Source: Mobula hypostoma
Lineage: Eukaryota
DNA: 64,000 nucleotides
Direction: 5' to 3'
Assembly: GCF_963921235.1 (NCBI RefSeq)
Contig: NC_086097.1
Span: 155,002,001-155,066,000, forward strand
Below are positions 11,880 through 25,004 of the stretch, in pieces (the first letter of the stretch is position 1; each line of letters opens with the position of its first letter). The notes under the pieces are model-generated. The model saw only the letters and a program-made list of their open reading frames with translations. It was not told where the DNA came from and did not search any database. Made by a program: the position numbers and the translations under genes.

Positions 11880-14060
11880 CAAAGTTCAGGGAACTACGGT
11901 TGATGAGAGATATCGAGGTTCTGATAAGCAGAAGGAAGGAACATGAGGTAAGGAACATTGCAATTAGGCAACTGGGAAAAAATGAATCCCTTGACAAATC
12001 TAAAAAGTTTAAGACCAGACTTAGGAGGGAAACCAGGAGGGCAAAAAGAGAGTATAAATAGAGATGGGAGGCAGGATTAAAGATAATCCCAACAGTTTCC
12101 TCAGTTATATTGATAGTACAGGTTTGACTAGGAAGAGACTAGATATGCCTAGGGACCATTATATGTGAGACCGCAGGAGATGGTTGGGATTCTTAACGTC
12201 TGTTTCTCCTCGATGTTTACTAAGGAGAATATCATGGATGCTAAAGAAATGTAGGTAATAAGTTTCTATGCTGTATTGCTTTATGACTCTATCTGCAAGA
12301 GGTGATTGATAAGTTCGTGGCCTAAGGTAGAAGGAGATGAGTTGACCTGCATGTGCATGTAACGAGAGCTGTAGCATCTCCTTCTACCTAAGGCCACAAA
12401 CTTATCAATCACCCATCTGTGGGCACTTTCTGGAGGTCCAAGATCTGTATGCTCCACAACCGCTGGACTAAGTGTGTAAATGTAGGAGGAGAATATGTTG
12501 AAAAATAAATGTGCTAGGTTTTCTAAAATTGACTCCTTCTACCTTAGACCACGGACATATCAATCACCCTGTGTAAGAGTTCGTATAGTAAGCACATTAC
12601 GAAGAAGGAGGTATTTGCAGCCTTAGTGAATGACCAAGTGCACACCTAGACCTTATGAGAGGTCAGGAAAAAAATTGTGGAGGTCCTTTTAAAGGTATTT
12701 GCTTCTCTGTTAGTCACTAGCAAATATCCAGAAGACTGGTGAGTGGCTAATGTTTTTCTGTTGTTAAAGAAGGACAAGAAGGACAAGAAGGACAGGCCAG
12801 AGAATTGCAGGCCAGTGATCCAGACTTCAGATATTGGGACATTACTGGAGGGAATTCTGAGGGACAAGATCCACCATGACTTGGATAGTTGAGGCCAGAC
12901 CTGGAACAGTCAGTACAACTTTGGCATGCAAGGTCATGTCTGATAAATCTTTCAGAGGTTCTCAAAGAGGAAATGGAGGTGATAGATGAAGGTAGGGATA
13001 TCATCTATGTGGACTTTAGTGAGACCTCTGGCGAGTGTTGCATAGGAGACCGATCTAGCAGATTACGTTGCAAGGGATTCGGGAAGAGCTAGAGAAGGAG
13101 ATCCAGAATTGACCCAATGATGGAAGCAGAGAATGATGGTTGGAGGCTTGTTAATAGCAGAGTGCTCCAGGGATCAGAATTGGGACTCCTTATTCATTAT
13201 TCACATAAATTATTTGAATATGAATGTACATGGCATGATTAGCAAGTTTGCTAATGACACTAGATTAGAAGGTTTTGGGTATAGTGAATCAGATTACAAT
13301 GAATTACAGGGATCTCGATCAGTTAAGGAGATGAGCTGAGGAATGGCAAATGGATTTCATCTTGGATAAGTGTGAGTTGACATATTTTGGGCATTCAAAC
13401 CAGGGCAGGAGCTGTACAATGGATAGCAGGGTACTGACAAAAGTGTTGTGGAACAGAGGGACTTGGGAGTATAAGTACACAGTTCACTGAGAACGGCTGT
13501 GCAAGTAGACGGGGTGGTGAAGAGGACATTTAACATGCTGGCTTCCATCGATTAGGGCATCAAGCTTAGGAATAGGGACATGTGGCAGTTACACAAGTCA
13601 TTTGTGAGAATGCACTTGGAGTATTGTGCACAGCTTTTTTCACCCTGTTATAGGAAAGACGTTGTCAAGCTGGAAAGGGTGCAGAAGATATTTACGAGGA
13701 TGCTGCCTAGATTAGAGGCCCTGAGTTTTAGGGAAAGGTTTATTCCCTGGAGAATCAGAGAATGAAGGGTGACCTCACAGAAGCTTCTAAATTCAAGAAG
13801 GATATAAATAATGTGGAGAAACCCAGAGCAGGTGAGTCCAAAAATTAATGGGCACAGATAAAAGATAAGAAGAGAGATTTGAAAGAGACCTGAGAGGTAA
13901 TTTCTTTACACAGAGGGTAGTAAATACTTGGAATAGGCTGACGGAGAAAGTAATCAAGGTAGGTCCAACTGCAAAATTTAAGAAGTATTTTGATAGTTAG
14001 TTGGAGGGTAGGGACTTGGACGGTTATGGGCTGAATGTGGGCAACTGGGACCAGCAAAAA
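11880..14060 (+). mobile_element. Old degraded CR1 LINE hosting a mariner insertion
   Basis: Remnants ISKFANDT and RMHLEYCAQLFSPCYRKDVVKLERVQKIFTRMLP; 3' UTR near 14050. Confidence 0.8.
12297..12575 (+). mobile_element. Mariner-family non-autonomous derivative with three TIR copies
   Basis: TIR ggtgattgataagttcgtggcctaaggtagaaggag at 12301, with inverted copies at 12375-12413 and 12533-12569. Internal sequence encodes RWTKCVNVGGEYVEK*, a typical mariner transposase C-terminus. Confidence 0.8.
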
Positions 14061-14249
14061 AAGCCATTTGAATGGAAAAAAAGCTGGTAATAAAACAAAA
14101 TATGACTTGCAATTTTCACCTTACCTTGAAAATTTACAGACGTCCTTTAAGAAAAGAATCCATCTGTCTCCAGTCTAATACGAGCTGGTTTAAAATTCTA
14201 TTCCTACACCAACCTGTATGGCTCTAAGTGGGACTAAATACTCATAAAC

Positions 14250-14660
14250 AGTGGTTCAGGGACTTCTGATTCTGCCACACAGCTCCAGTGACGCAGGTTT
14301 AAGCCTGACTACTGGTGCTGTCTGTATGGAGCTTGTACATTCTCTCAGTGTCTGCATTGTTTTTCTCTTGGTGCTCTACTCCCAAGTTAGAGTCAGCCAT
14401 TTCACTGGTTACATTGCTGTTGCAAATTGCACCTGGTGTATGTGGGGGAAAGGTTAATCAGTATGTAATTGATCATCATACAAGAGAGAATAGGAAAAAT
14501 GTTGGGAAAACAGGATTAGTGAGATCACTCTGAAAGCTGACATAATATTAGGGGTGGGTGGAGGAGAAATGGGATTTGTGTAGGTGAGTGTTTGATCGTT
14601 AGCACAGACATGGTGGGCCAAAAGGTCTCTTTCAATGCTGTATGACTGTAGGACTCTATC
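14250..14660 (+). mobile_element. V-SINE/HE1-like SINE with CR1-type tail
   Basis: Core tgtctgtatggagcttgtacattctc; tail tgctgtatgactgtaggactcta. Confidence 0.6.
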
Positions 14661-15819
14661 ACTAGGAATGCACCAGCAGTGTGCTTAGCACCAAGTTCAT
14701 GGATAAATCATGTTAATAAACAGGTGGCACAAAACCTAAATCAGGTTAAATGAGTGCCAGCTAATTGCACATCACAAACCTAGGCCTAACTTTGTGTATT
14801 ATCCAAATTTAGTTTCTTGTGTATGTATGAAATCTTGAGTCCGGCCAAGAAAGCACAACAGATCTGTCAATTTAATAATGAGACTTCAATTTAAATACAT
14901 GCCCCAGCTGACTTTGGTAAAACCTTGCTTAGATTAAATCTTCAAAGTCTGAATCCAACTGAGCGCAGTTTGTTGGGTAATTTATCCCTTTAAGCAAAAT
15001 GTTGGTATGCACACAGAGAGAGACATGCCTCACTGAGCACAGGCTGTCAGAACTAATAGCTCTTTTTCTCTTACAGCGTATAATGAGAGGTCATTCTTTA
15101 ACATAATCTCTTCTCATCTGATGGACAGGTGTGGGATAAGGATGGGGAGGGGGTGAAGGAAAGGGCAGGTGGAGAGAAACTAGCTAATTACCTGAACTTC
15201 CCTCTGCTGTAAAGCCTACATCTTGGGGAAATGAGGGTACAATTTAAATAGCAGTTGCCTAAGTGCATGAAATGATTTATTGCTGTTAAAGGGAAAAAGG
15301 TGTGCCAGAATACCAAAGGTAAACGGAATATCTAACAATATAATTGTCAATCTTTCCATTATGAGTGACTGCACCAAGTACAGTCAGGCCTAGCTGACTG
15401 GTCAAATGCTTAGAAGTGACTGGCTGCTGGCAGCTGTTGAATTTACAGATGTTACTCAGTTGCACTGATTAGAGTAGGCAAGGTTGCATGAGTAATTTCA
15501 AAGTATGTTAACGTACGTAAAAGAATCAAAAAGAATCACCTGGGGTGAGTTGTGAATGGCTGAGCTATATTCTTATTCATATTGAGCCTTTAGATTGAAA
15601 CAATTAGCAATATCTTATAAACAAAAAGTTAACATCTGCATTCAAGCTAATGACTGAAGAGTTTCAGAGCTACAACATTTCACAATCAAATGCTTGAAAA
15701 TTTGCTTCCAATCTTGCTCTCCCTTTTGTTACTTTTCCTATTGCAAATAGCAATACCTGGCAAAAAATACAGTACTATGGACTGTGGGATTAATTATAAA
15801 CATAAGAGATTCAGTGGAT

Positions 15820-16478
15820 ACTAACATTTTGACAAACTTGTATAGATGAGTATATTGACTGGCTGCATCACAGCCTGGTATGGAAACATCAATGCCCTTG
15901 AACGGAAAATCCTACAGAAAGTAATTGGATATGGCCCAGTCCATCACAGGTCGAGTCTTCCCCACCATTGAGCACATCTACACAAAACATTGACAGAGGA
16001 AAGCAGCATCCATCATCAGGGACCCCCACCACTCAGGACATGCTGTCTTCTCACTGCATCCATCAGGAAGAAGATATAGGTGCCTCAGGACTCACACCAC
16101 CAGGTTCAGGAACAGTTACTACCCGCAACGATGAAGCTCTTGAACCAAAGAGGATAACTTAACTCAACTTCATTTTGGCATTGAAATTCCCACAACCTAT
16201 GGACTCACTTTCAAGGACTCTTCATCTCATGTTCTCGATATTTATTGCTTATTTGCTGTATTTATTATTATTATTATTATTTCTTTCTTTTTGTATTTGC
16301 ACAGTTTGTATCTTGCACACCAATTGAACACCCAAGTTGGTGTTGGCCTTCAATGATTCTATTGTGGTTATTATTCTATTATGGATGTATTGTGTATGCC
16401 TGCAAGAAAATGAATCTCATTGTTGTATATAGTGGTATATATATACTTTGGTAATAAATTTACTTTGAACTTTGAACT
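15820..16478 (+). mobile_element. Rex1/Babar LINE 3' fragment
   Basis: Encodes ILTGCITAWYGN...; tail aataaatttactttgaactttgaac. Confidence 0.8.
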
Positions 16479-16560
16479 TCAAAATGCTGGAGGAACTTAG
16501 CAGGTCAGCAACATCTATGGAGAGGAATGAACAGTCAATGTTTTGGGTTGAGAAAGGTCT
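16479..16560 (-). repeat. Penelope-type terminal repeat fragment (hammerhead-bearing family)
   Basis: aaaatgctggaggaacttagcaggtcagcaacatctatggagagg...cagtcaatgttttggg matches the family at 36876 and 40686. Confidence 0.7.
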
Positions 16561-17231
16561 TTTTTATCTAATACATCCTCACTTTTGTAAAGATAATGTA
16601 CAGATATTATTCTTCATTCTTCAGTTGTTTTAGTTTCAGGATCAATGACAGACAAAATGTTTATCATACTAATGATCTCATAAAGATGGCATTTAAATTT
16701 TAAAATAGGATTTTAATGGTAAGTTTCCTAACAGTTTAACAAATGCAAAATAACTCTGCATCAGTATTGCATAATTATCATCTCAAATGCACTAGGCACC
16801 ACCTGTTTACAGAGATCAGGTTATGCTATTCTAATATCATCTTCTAGAATAATAAAAATTATAACGTAAAAGGAGATAATCTCCTGATGAGTTTGCTTTG
16901 GTGTAAATTTAAACAATGAAGCATCCTAACTTTACTTTCCTTCACCTCATCCTGTAGTTTTTATTAGATCTACTGTCCAATTTTTGAATACTTTAAAGTG
17001 AAGGTATATTTAAAGTAGAGGTTGATGGCTTCTTTATTAGTAAGGGTAATGATAGAATGGTACAACAGACTCAAAGGGCTGAATGGCCTAATTCTGCTCC
17101 TATGTTTTATGGTCCAACGGTCTTAATTCTTTGTAAGAAAAAAAAATGTGGTAGTTCTACACTTTAAAATGATTGGTGACTCGGATAGCTGAATTCCCTG
17201 TTTGAACCTTTCTATGTTTAAAAAAAAGTGT

Positions 17232-17311
17232 GCCCTGAAACGTCCACTGTACCTCTTCCTAGAGATGCTGCCTGACCTGCTGCGTTCACCAGCAACTTTT
17301 ATGTGTGGTGC
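17232..17311 (+). repeat. Penelope-type terminal repeat fragment
   Basis: ccctGAAACGTCcactgtacctcttcctagagatgctgcctgacctgctgcgttcaccagcaac; 5' half of the ribozyme core is missing. Confidence 0.7.
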
Positions 17312-19065
17312 CCTTTCTTAAGTTTAGCAATAATCCTTTGTCTTCTCCTTCTTCACATGTGGGTGGGGAGTGGAGGTAGCTGAATATGGATGGATAATTG
17401 AAGTATGTTTATCTTCATTGCATATTTTCTTCACTTGTATATGGTGATGTGGAATTGGATAGAAGAAACGCCGGCACGTAATTATGATTTAAACCAGGGC
17501 TGGAATTTCAAAAAGTCTTCAAGTGAACAGACTTGTATACAAAGGCACAAACAATTTATGGTGAAGACATATGATTTTATATTTGGGAAGAATTTAAAGC
17601 CATATAGACTAAAGCTATTGAGTGGTATGGATAGGCAAAGGGACTGAGAAGTTCAAATGTAAATGTGTGAGATAGCTGCATTATCTAAACTAAAAGAATA
17701 CCAGGTGTATGGTATAGAACTTGTGTGGGTTTGATACCAAAGAGGCTGTTTCTAGCCTTCTATATTACCACCTTCTAAAACAGTATAGAACAAAGAGCAC
17801 ACTTAAAGTCGAAATAACTTGTAAAATTTTGAAGTAATTAAAGGAGACAGCCATGAACAAAATAGAGCTGGCAAACTATTTTACTCCCTTTTCCAAATAT
17901 CCTACGGGTGAGACAATCCACATAAAAAAACAGATCGTGGAAACGTCACACTCCATGTTTTTGACATCATTGAGACAAAATGATTTCTAACTGTCCAAAA
18001 TCTACTGTTGCCTTGGAAGTTAATGCAGTGCCTTTTAATTGTTTATTTTAAATAATTTGTTCGTTTCTCTAGTAGTTAGATGCTCTCATGCATTGAAAAT
18101 GGAAAGAACAGTCATTAGCTTTCATTTGACTATGTGGCACTTAAAATAAATCATAGACAGAAATAGTTTTGATTACCCTACTCATTTTTGGCCAAGAATG
18201 ACAAATGGTTAGTACATCTGCAATCCAAATTTGAGCTCCAACATAACTCCAACAACATGGTATAGAAGAGAGTTCATTTTTTTCGTCTTTTCCAGCTTTA
18301 GGTAGAGTAACTCAGCATGAAACTTTGTTTGTGCACATAAAAAGGACCAATCATTCAGCTAAACAGAAAATGAGCAGCAGGAACTCCAAGCAAATTTTGA
18401 AATGAAGATAAAATAGAGTATTTGTTTCTAGTGCCCATTCACTGCATAAAAATAATAGGCTAGTCAATGAATTGCTTGGAATGCACATCAGAACAACAGT
18501 AAGTGTATACACTTACTCAAAAATATACAGTGAATTTGTAAGCCATTCCAGTGTACAAGCTGCACTTCACATGGCTCTCATTCCATCATCAAAGTTCTAA
18601 GTACAAAGTATATTTAAATATGCATACTATATGCAACCTTGAAATTCATCTCCTTGTTCTGCAAATGCTTTTACATTTACAACATCTTTTGTGAGTCGAG
18701 GAAGAGCCTCCAGAATTCACAGCCCCTTTCATCCACCCTTCCAGCTGTCAGCTCATGTACCACACCCCAATCCCTGCAACAGTAGCCTAATCTGTCAGCA
18801 AGCTTTGAGCAGCATTGCTTTAAATTAGACAAGTAGTTTTAAACCTGGAACTCAGGACCCTCCATCAAGGATAATCTTTGTTTTTTTGCTCTCTTATATT
18901 TCCTTGCTTTGGGCAATTTGACAACAGTTAACCAATGGATAATGGCAGGTTCTTATATCAGAAAATGAATGCTCAAACATTGTAAGTATGCACATGCTTC
19001 TTCAAAACCTCCAGGTAACATCTTGCCTGATGTGCCCCAGCAAGTAACAAACAGCAACCACTTAC

Positions 19066-19632
19066 TTTGACATAATCTCTGCCGTAGTATTCCTCGGATC
19101 TTGTCTATGGCATTGAAATCAGTAACATGGAACATGTGAGCAGATTTGGGTTCGGAAGCAATCTCTTCCAGTTCCTCCTCAAGGGCATCACCAACTCCCA
19201 CAGCGAAGAGCCTGATGCCAGCAGAGTGAGCCAAAGTGGCATTTGGCAAGACTTCATCTTGGCTTCTGCCATCAGTCAGGAGGATTGCTACTTTCTGGAT
19301 GTTCGGATTATTGGGTCTTCCGCCTTCCCATTGTGAGAAGCTATTCAAAGTGATGTAGCCAATGGCTTCCCCAGTTATGGTGTTCCCACGTCGATACCTG
19401 ATGCTTGCTGCAGCCTGCTTGATATCTTCTGTGTTTTCATAGGCACCTAAGTTGAACTCAGTGTGTGGCTTGTCACTGTAACTTACAACCGCTACCCTGG
19501 TTTTATCAGGACCGATGTCAAAAGTGTCCACCAAGTTGGCCACCCACTGCCTGACCTTTTCAAAATTCTCCTTGCCCACACTATAGGAAGTGTCCAGCAG
19601 AAAGACCAAGTCATAGTGGACATTCTTGCAGC
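19066..19632 (-). CDS. col22a1: Collagen XXII alpha-1, exon encoding the N-terminal von Willebrand A (VWA) domain (567 nt, phase 1-1)
   Basis: Translation GCKNVHYDLVFLLDTSYSVGKENFEKVRQWVANLVDTFDIGPDKTRVAVVSYSD...LLTDGRSQD...EIASEPKSAHMFHVTDFNAIDKIRGILRQRLCQ closely matches the vertebrate COL22A1 VWA sequence as I recall it. MIDAS DxSxS, T and TDG are present. Minus-strand acceptor TTTTACAG|GC (exon starts 19632) and donor CAAA|GTAAG (exon ends 19066). Length is 189 codons. Confidence 0.96.
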
Positions 19633-21169
19633 CTGTAAAAGAATCAGAGTCAACAGGTAATACATGGTACACATTGAAAAGCATAAGCACTGCACCCCAA
19701 CGCATTTCACTGCAACATGCTGCCTTGAAACAGTGACAGCCAGAAACATAAAAGAAAGCCCAGCTCTTTCACTTAGCTCCTTTGTGCTCCTTTTGAGCAG
19801 AGATCCACTTGAAGTGATGTACGACACAATTGAAGGCTGTTATTATGTGCAGTTCCATAGTTCCAGCCTCCCACAAGAGTTTGCTGAAACCTGCCCTCAT
19901 CAGACTGAATATATTACAGAAGTTGTTTTTCTGTTAATACTCACAGAAAAAATTCAAAATTGTAAAATTGTTTTCACGTTTAAAGTTTAAAATGTTCAAT
20001 TTAAAAATATAAATGCTTTGCTGTGTCAGTAACTGAAATTCCTTACTTCATGATTGTAGATATATTGTACATAATTTGCTTTTAACAGGCTTCTTCATGT
20101 TGGATCTTTTTATTATCTTGAGGGCAGCATTGCAGCAACAAATTCAGGAGTAACACCCCTTCTCATCCACTGAAAATTTATTCCTTTAGCTAAGTATTAG
20201 ATGAAATGTTGTAGATAATGTGGCAAACTGTATATTACAACAGTTATGCTCCAAAAATAAAAGTTACATTCTTATAGCATCGCTCATTGATCTGTCATTC
20301 ATTGAAAGTACAATGAAATTATTTTCAAAGTGTGCTGTAGGAAAATGAAGTAGAAAATTTGTGTGCAGACAGTTCCTAAGATAGTCTCAATCATGTCATC
20401 TGAGGTTGGAATATTTCACTTTGTTCAAAGAAAACAATGAAAAATTTAATTTCAATTTATCGTCATACACTTCTTCCAGTTGTACTGCGCTCTTCGTATT
20501 GAACTAGAAAGTCGGTTGAAATTAAATACAATCCCTGAAGTGCTATTTTCCCCAAACAAAAGATACTGATTCCTTCTATCGGTGTCAGAGTAGTCAGTGT
20601 CAACGCTGGACTATTAAGGTAATCCTATTTTCAACCAAAGGTATAGCTCACGCCAAAGTGACTTCATAGTGATAAACAGGTATAAATACAGTTTCCCCTG
20701 TACTTCAAAGAAACTGTGCTTGTAATATTTCCATTGTAAGCTCAAGTTCAAGATTAATTGTCATTCTTCCACACATGAATGCCCATGAATACAGCCAAAT
20801 GAAACAGTGTTACTCTGGTGTAAAACTGAGTACCAACAGTCATACACAGCACAAGGCACATATAGAAAATATAAGATAGCAGTAAAGTACAGTCACACAA
20901 AAAATATATAGCCTAAGAACCTGAGACCATAAATGTTGGAGCAGTCTGCAGTCAAACACAATATGGTTTAGATGAGGAATACACACACTTGGAATTAATT
21001 TGCATCACTAGTGCATCTACCAAGAAATGTATTAATGAGGTTTTGATCACAATCTCTCAATAACTAAACAGTGAAGTGATTTAACTTCTAGCCATTTCTA
21101 TCCCTTAGCCTGTGACTTAGTTGATGCTGTCATTACATGTAAAGTATTAAAAATACTCAGACCTGTGGC

Positions 21170-21297
21170 ATACTAGACAGGTATATGGAGGAATTTAAGG
21201 TGGGGGGTTATATGGGAGGCAGGGTTTGAGGGTCGGCACAACAATGTGGGCCGAAGGGCCTGTACTGTGCTGTGCTATTCTATGTTCTATGTTCTAT
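21170..21297 (+). mobile_element. Short CR1 3' tail insertion
   Basis: gggccgaagggcctgtactgtgctgtgctattctatgttctatgttcta tail. Confidence 0.75.
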
Positions 21298-21659
21298 ATT
21301 GAGCACAGCTATAATTTTTAAAAAGAATAGCATTTAACATATGCCATATTTTTTGTTAATTAATTGTTACTTTAAAAGAATTAAGTTACAACCAGAACTT
21401 ATGTTCGCAACTGATTGGAATCTAGGGTCGGGCTGGTTGCCAAGGTGCAGCTGAACATAGATAAACTGATCGGTGACAGATGCATCCTGGTGGTGCTTTC
21501 ACAAAAAGCTTCAGCAGAGTCGCTGATGATTTTATTTTCAAAAAACCAATTTAAATGGCTACCACTGGATCCGATTAGATTAAACAAATAAATGAAATTC
21601 ATCTTTTGATTTCTTGGTTAATACCCAGAACTATTAGCTATCCATGGGGATTCAGAGAG

Positions 21660-21995
21660 GCACATTGCATGGAAACAGGTCTTTCATCCCGACTCATCCA
21701 TATCAGATGCCTGTCTACACTAATCAGATTTGCCTGAGTTTGGCCTCTAGACCTTTGCTACCAATGGAGTTGACTAAATGTCTTTCATATGTTATAATTC
21801 TATCCCCTCCTTGGGCAGCTCAGTCCATATAACTGCCACACTGTGTAGAAAACTTACCCCTCAGGTTCCATTTAAATCTGTCCCCTCTCAACTTAAATTT
21901 ATGCTTACTAGTTTTAGACACCCCAGCCCTGGGAAAAAGACTGTGACTCTCTACTCTATCTATGCTCCCCATAATTTTATAAACCTTTAGAAGCT
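21660..21995 (-). mobile_element. CR1 3' fragment
   Basis: KVYKIMGSIDRVESHSLFPR...KFKLRG in ORF 21820-22062. Confidence 0.7.
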
Positions 21996-22879
21996 CGCAG
22001 TAAGTGAGAGTACAATGGGCAGGATGAGAACTCAGAGAATAAGTGGTCTTTCGCCACCTCACTTTCTATATATTGGAAAATAGGAAGTAGTGTTCAGAAT
22101 GTGAGAAGGCCAAACAACATTAGTAAACCATTTTTGGCCAACTGATTGTGGAAAGGAGATGCCAAGTATAATCCCGGGGACAGAATGGTAAAACCAGAGG
22201 TGCCTTGAAATGGACCCCAGCCATCATTAAAGTCATGGTATGATGGCACAATGAACCAACTGGTGAGGATGCCATGCAGATCTGCCTGTGGTAGGTGCAT
22301 TGTACCATCTGCAGCCTCAATCAGCAAGACAGCCAGGTGTAGGGAACCCACCAACTGCATGGTTCTCACCAAGGCATATGCTATTCCCATACTGTAATAG
22401 AGTGATGCTCCTTACTATCATTTGACCTAAATGCTGGTATTGCCCATGTATCTCTGGGATCATACTTGGCATCTCCATTCTCAGAATAATTTCAATGGCA
22501 TTGGTTCAAGAATGTGTCTCATCATCGCAGGTATTGTCAGTGACATCGACATCACAAAAAGTTCAATCATCCCTTGGTCAAATTTGATCTAGGGTGGGAG
22601 GAAAGTGAAATCATGTGGAAAATCAGATAGTAGGAATGGAGGGAGAGTGAGGGTTGGGCCCTGTGCAGTGGTAGCATATTTGCAATGGACTGCTGTGAGA
22701 TGGGAGTAGTTACAGGCAGAGACAGCCATTATTGTTTAATCTCTCCAGTTCACCACAGTGAATGGAAAAGAGCAATAACCCAGAAGAAAAAGGCTAAAAA
22801 TGCTACACATTTATTCATTGCACCATTGTAAAATAACCTCATCCCCTACCATATTCCCTGGACACCCATGGCTGACTTT

Positions 22880-23795
22880 CCAGATTCCTCACTAACTTCA
22901 TCTACACGTTTGCAGTTGAAACCACCGTAGTGGATTGTATCTCAAGTAACGATGAGTTGGAGTAGAGGAAGGAGTTAGGGGGCATAGTGAGCTGATGCCA
23001 TGACAACAACCTTCCCCTCAATGTCACAAAACAAAAGAGCTGGTCATTGACTACACACAGGGACAGTGCACTTTCAGTGGTGCTGAGGTTGAGAGGGTGA
23101 AGAGCTTCAGGTTCTCAGGAGTGAACATCACCGATAGCCTGTCCTGGACCAACCATGTTGAGGTCATGGTCAAAAAAAACCTTAGCAAATGCCTCCACTT
23201 CCTCAGAGGATAAAGACATTTGGCATGGTCCCATTGATGTTTATCAGTTCTTATCAATACACCATGGAAAGCATTCTGTCTGGATGCATTAAGGCTTGGT
23301 ACAGTAACTGCTCTGCATGTGACCTCAAGAAACTACAGGGGGTTGTGGACACAGCTCAGCTCCTCACAGAAACCAACATCCCCTCCATGGACTCTATCTA
23401 TACTTCTCATTGCGTTAGTAAAGCAGCCAGTATAATCGAAGACTCCACACATCTCAGACATTCTTTCTTCTCACCTCTCCCATCACGAAGATAATACAAA
23501 AGTCAGCAAGCACATACCCCTAGGCTCAAGGAGAGTTTCTATCCCGCTGTTACTAGATTATTGAACAGACAAGACCTCTTGTATGATAGGATGGACTGTT
23601 GACCTCACAATCTACCTCGTGATCCCGCACTTTGTTTCCCTGCATTGCACTTTCTCTGTAGATCTTACACTTTGTTCTGCATTGTCATTGTTTTACCTTG
23701 TTCTACCTCAATACACTGTGTAATGATTTGATTGTTATGCAAGAATAGCTTTCCACTGTATTTTGGTACATGCAAATATAACAAATCAATACAAG
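22880..23795 (+). mobile_element. Rex1/Babar LINE 3' fragment
   Basis: ESILSGCIKAWYSNCS...HSFFSPLPS in ORF 23189-23494. Confidence 0.8.
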
Positions 23796-25004
23796 TAACT
23801 TCCCATCCAGGTACAAGGAGCACTTGTACCTTGCATGGAACTAAATGGTGAAGACATCACTTGACTTTTTAACTTCAATCCTCATCTTTACCAATCGCTC
23901 TGAAAAAAAATCACCGTGAAGTTGGAATATGTTACAAATTCATTTTGATTGACAATGCATCATTAAATAATGTATCAGCGGGCTGGAAGGAAGGTGATCA
24001 AGGTGGATGTATTAATGTCAGATAAAACATGAGTTTTTAACATTGTGAGCAGAATTAAGGTATGAAAGTTTTTAAACAATTTGCTTGTATCAATAAATTG
24101 ATTGTTCAAATCCATAAGGGACAAGAATTAATTATGTTCTGATATATTCTCCCACCACCAGCAGAGTTATGCAACTTAACTTCTCTGTGATGATGGAGGA
24201 AAGCATATTGGATCACTCCATTTTAGTATATACCTGAAACAATTTTTCCTTATGCAAGCTACACAAAGCAAGGTAAAACAAATTATTGTTCTTGCAATGG
24301 TGCTCACCAATGGTTGCGCTCTATCAGAACACATTGAAAGATCTCTTGCCCGATACCAAATATTTTGCATTTACAATTAACTGCCACAGGCTTCTGATCA
24401 GTCTGAAGTAGGCTAAATTTATGGACCAGCTGGCACCTTGCTGAAAATAAGTACCATTTTTGCTTTTTTATTGAATGAACACAGCTGAGTTCACAGCTGA
24501 GCTGAATCAACTGACCTGCACATGAAGCACCCTGTTATTAGGCGCAGTTCTAAGCAAAAAGCTGTGCCCAATAAAAGGTACAACCTGTTTTGTGATAATC
24601 TCTTTATATTAAATGAAAATGGACTGAAAATAGTACTCACAGTTAAAGTGAATGCAGCGCATTGAGCTTTCAGTTAAAGACAGGATTTACATAATGTATA
24701 TACTCAGTATTAGCACATGAACAGAAAGAAAAAAAACAAAAGAGAATGAGATCAAGAAAGAAAGAGAAAGAAAAGGGAATTATGTTTGCTTCAATGACCT
24801 CAGGCATGTAATATTACAGCTAAAGAAACGCTTTGGAGTATGGCTATAGTTGTAGTGCGAGAAACAGAACAACACATTTGTCCATGGCAAGGTCCACAAT
24901 GAAAGCGTGATCATTATCAGATAATTTGTCTCCCTGATTTTGGGGTGAACTTTCTGGCTTTTCTTCAAAATAGCACCATGAGACTGCAAATATGAGCACT
25001 TTGT

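Noticed and set aside
14120..14190. Minus-strand AG|GTAAG donor with an upstream GDR peptide
   Set aside because: Only a 3-residue match to the expected exon, wrong phase and no NVLCP-like start.
18953..19065. C-terminal extension SKWLLFVTCW... of the same ORF
   Set aside because: Intron read-through past the GTAAG donor; similarity to COL22A1 stops at RLCQ.
19633..19705. Hydrophobic N-terminus MRWGAVLMLFNVY of ORF 18953-19705 as a signal peptide
   Set aside because: It lies upstream of a canonical acceptor at 19633. The exon at 46548-46635 gives the orthologous ERA-G-CK junction.
23809..23832. 9-bp stem hairpin aggtacaag/cttgtacct
   Set aside because: Too short to distinguish from chance.
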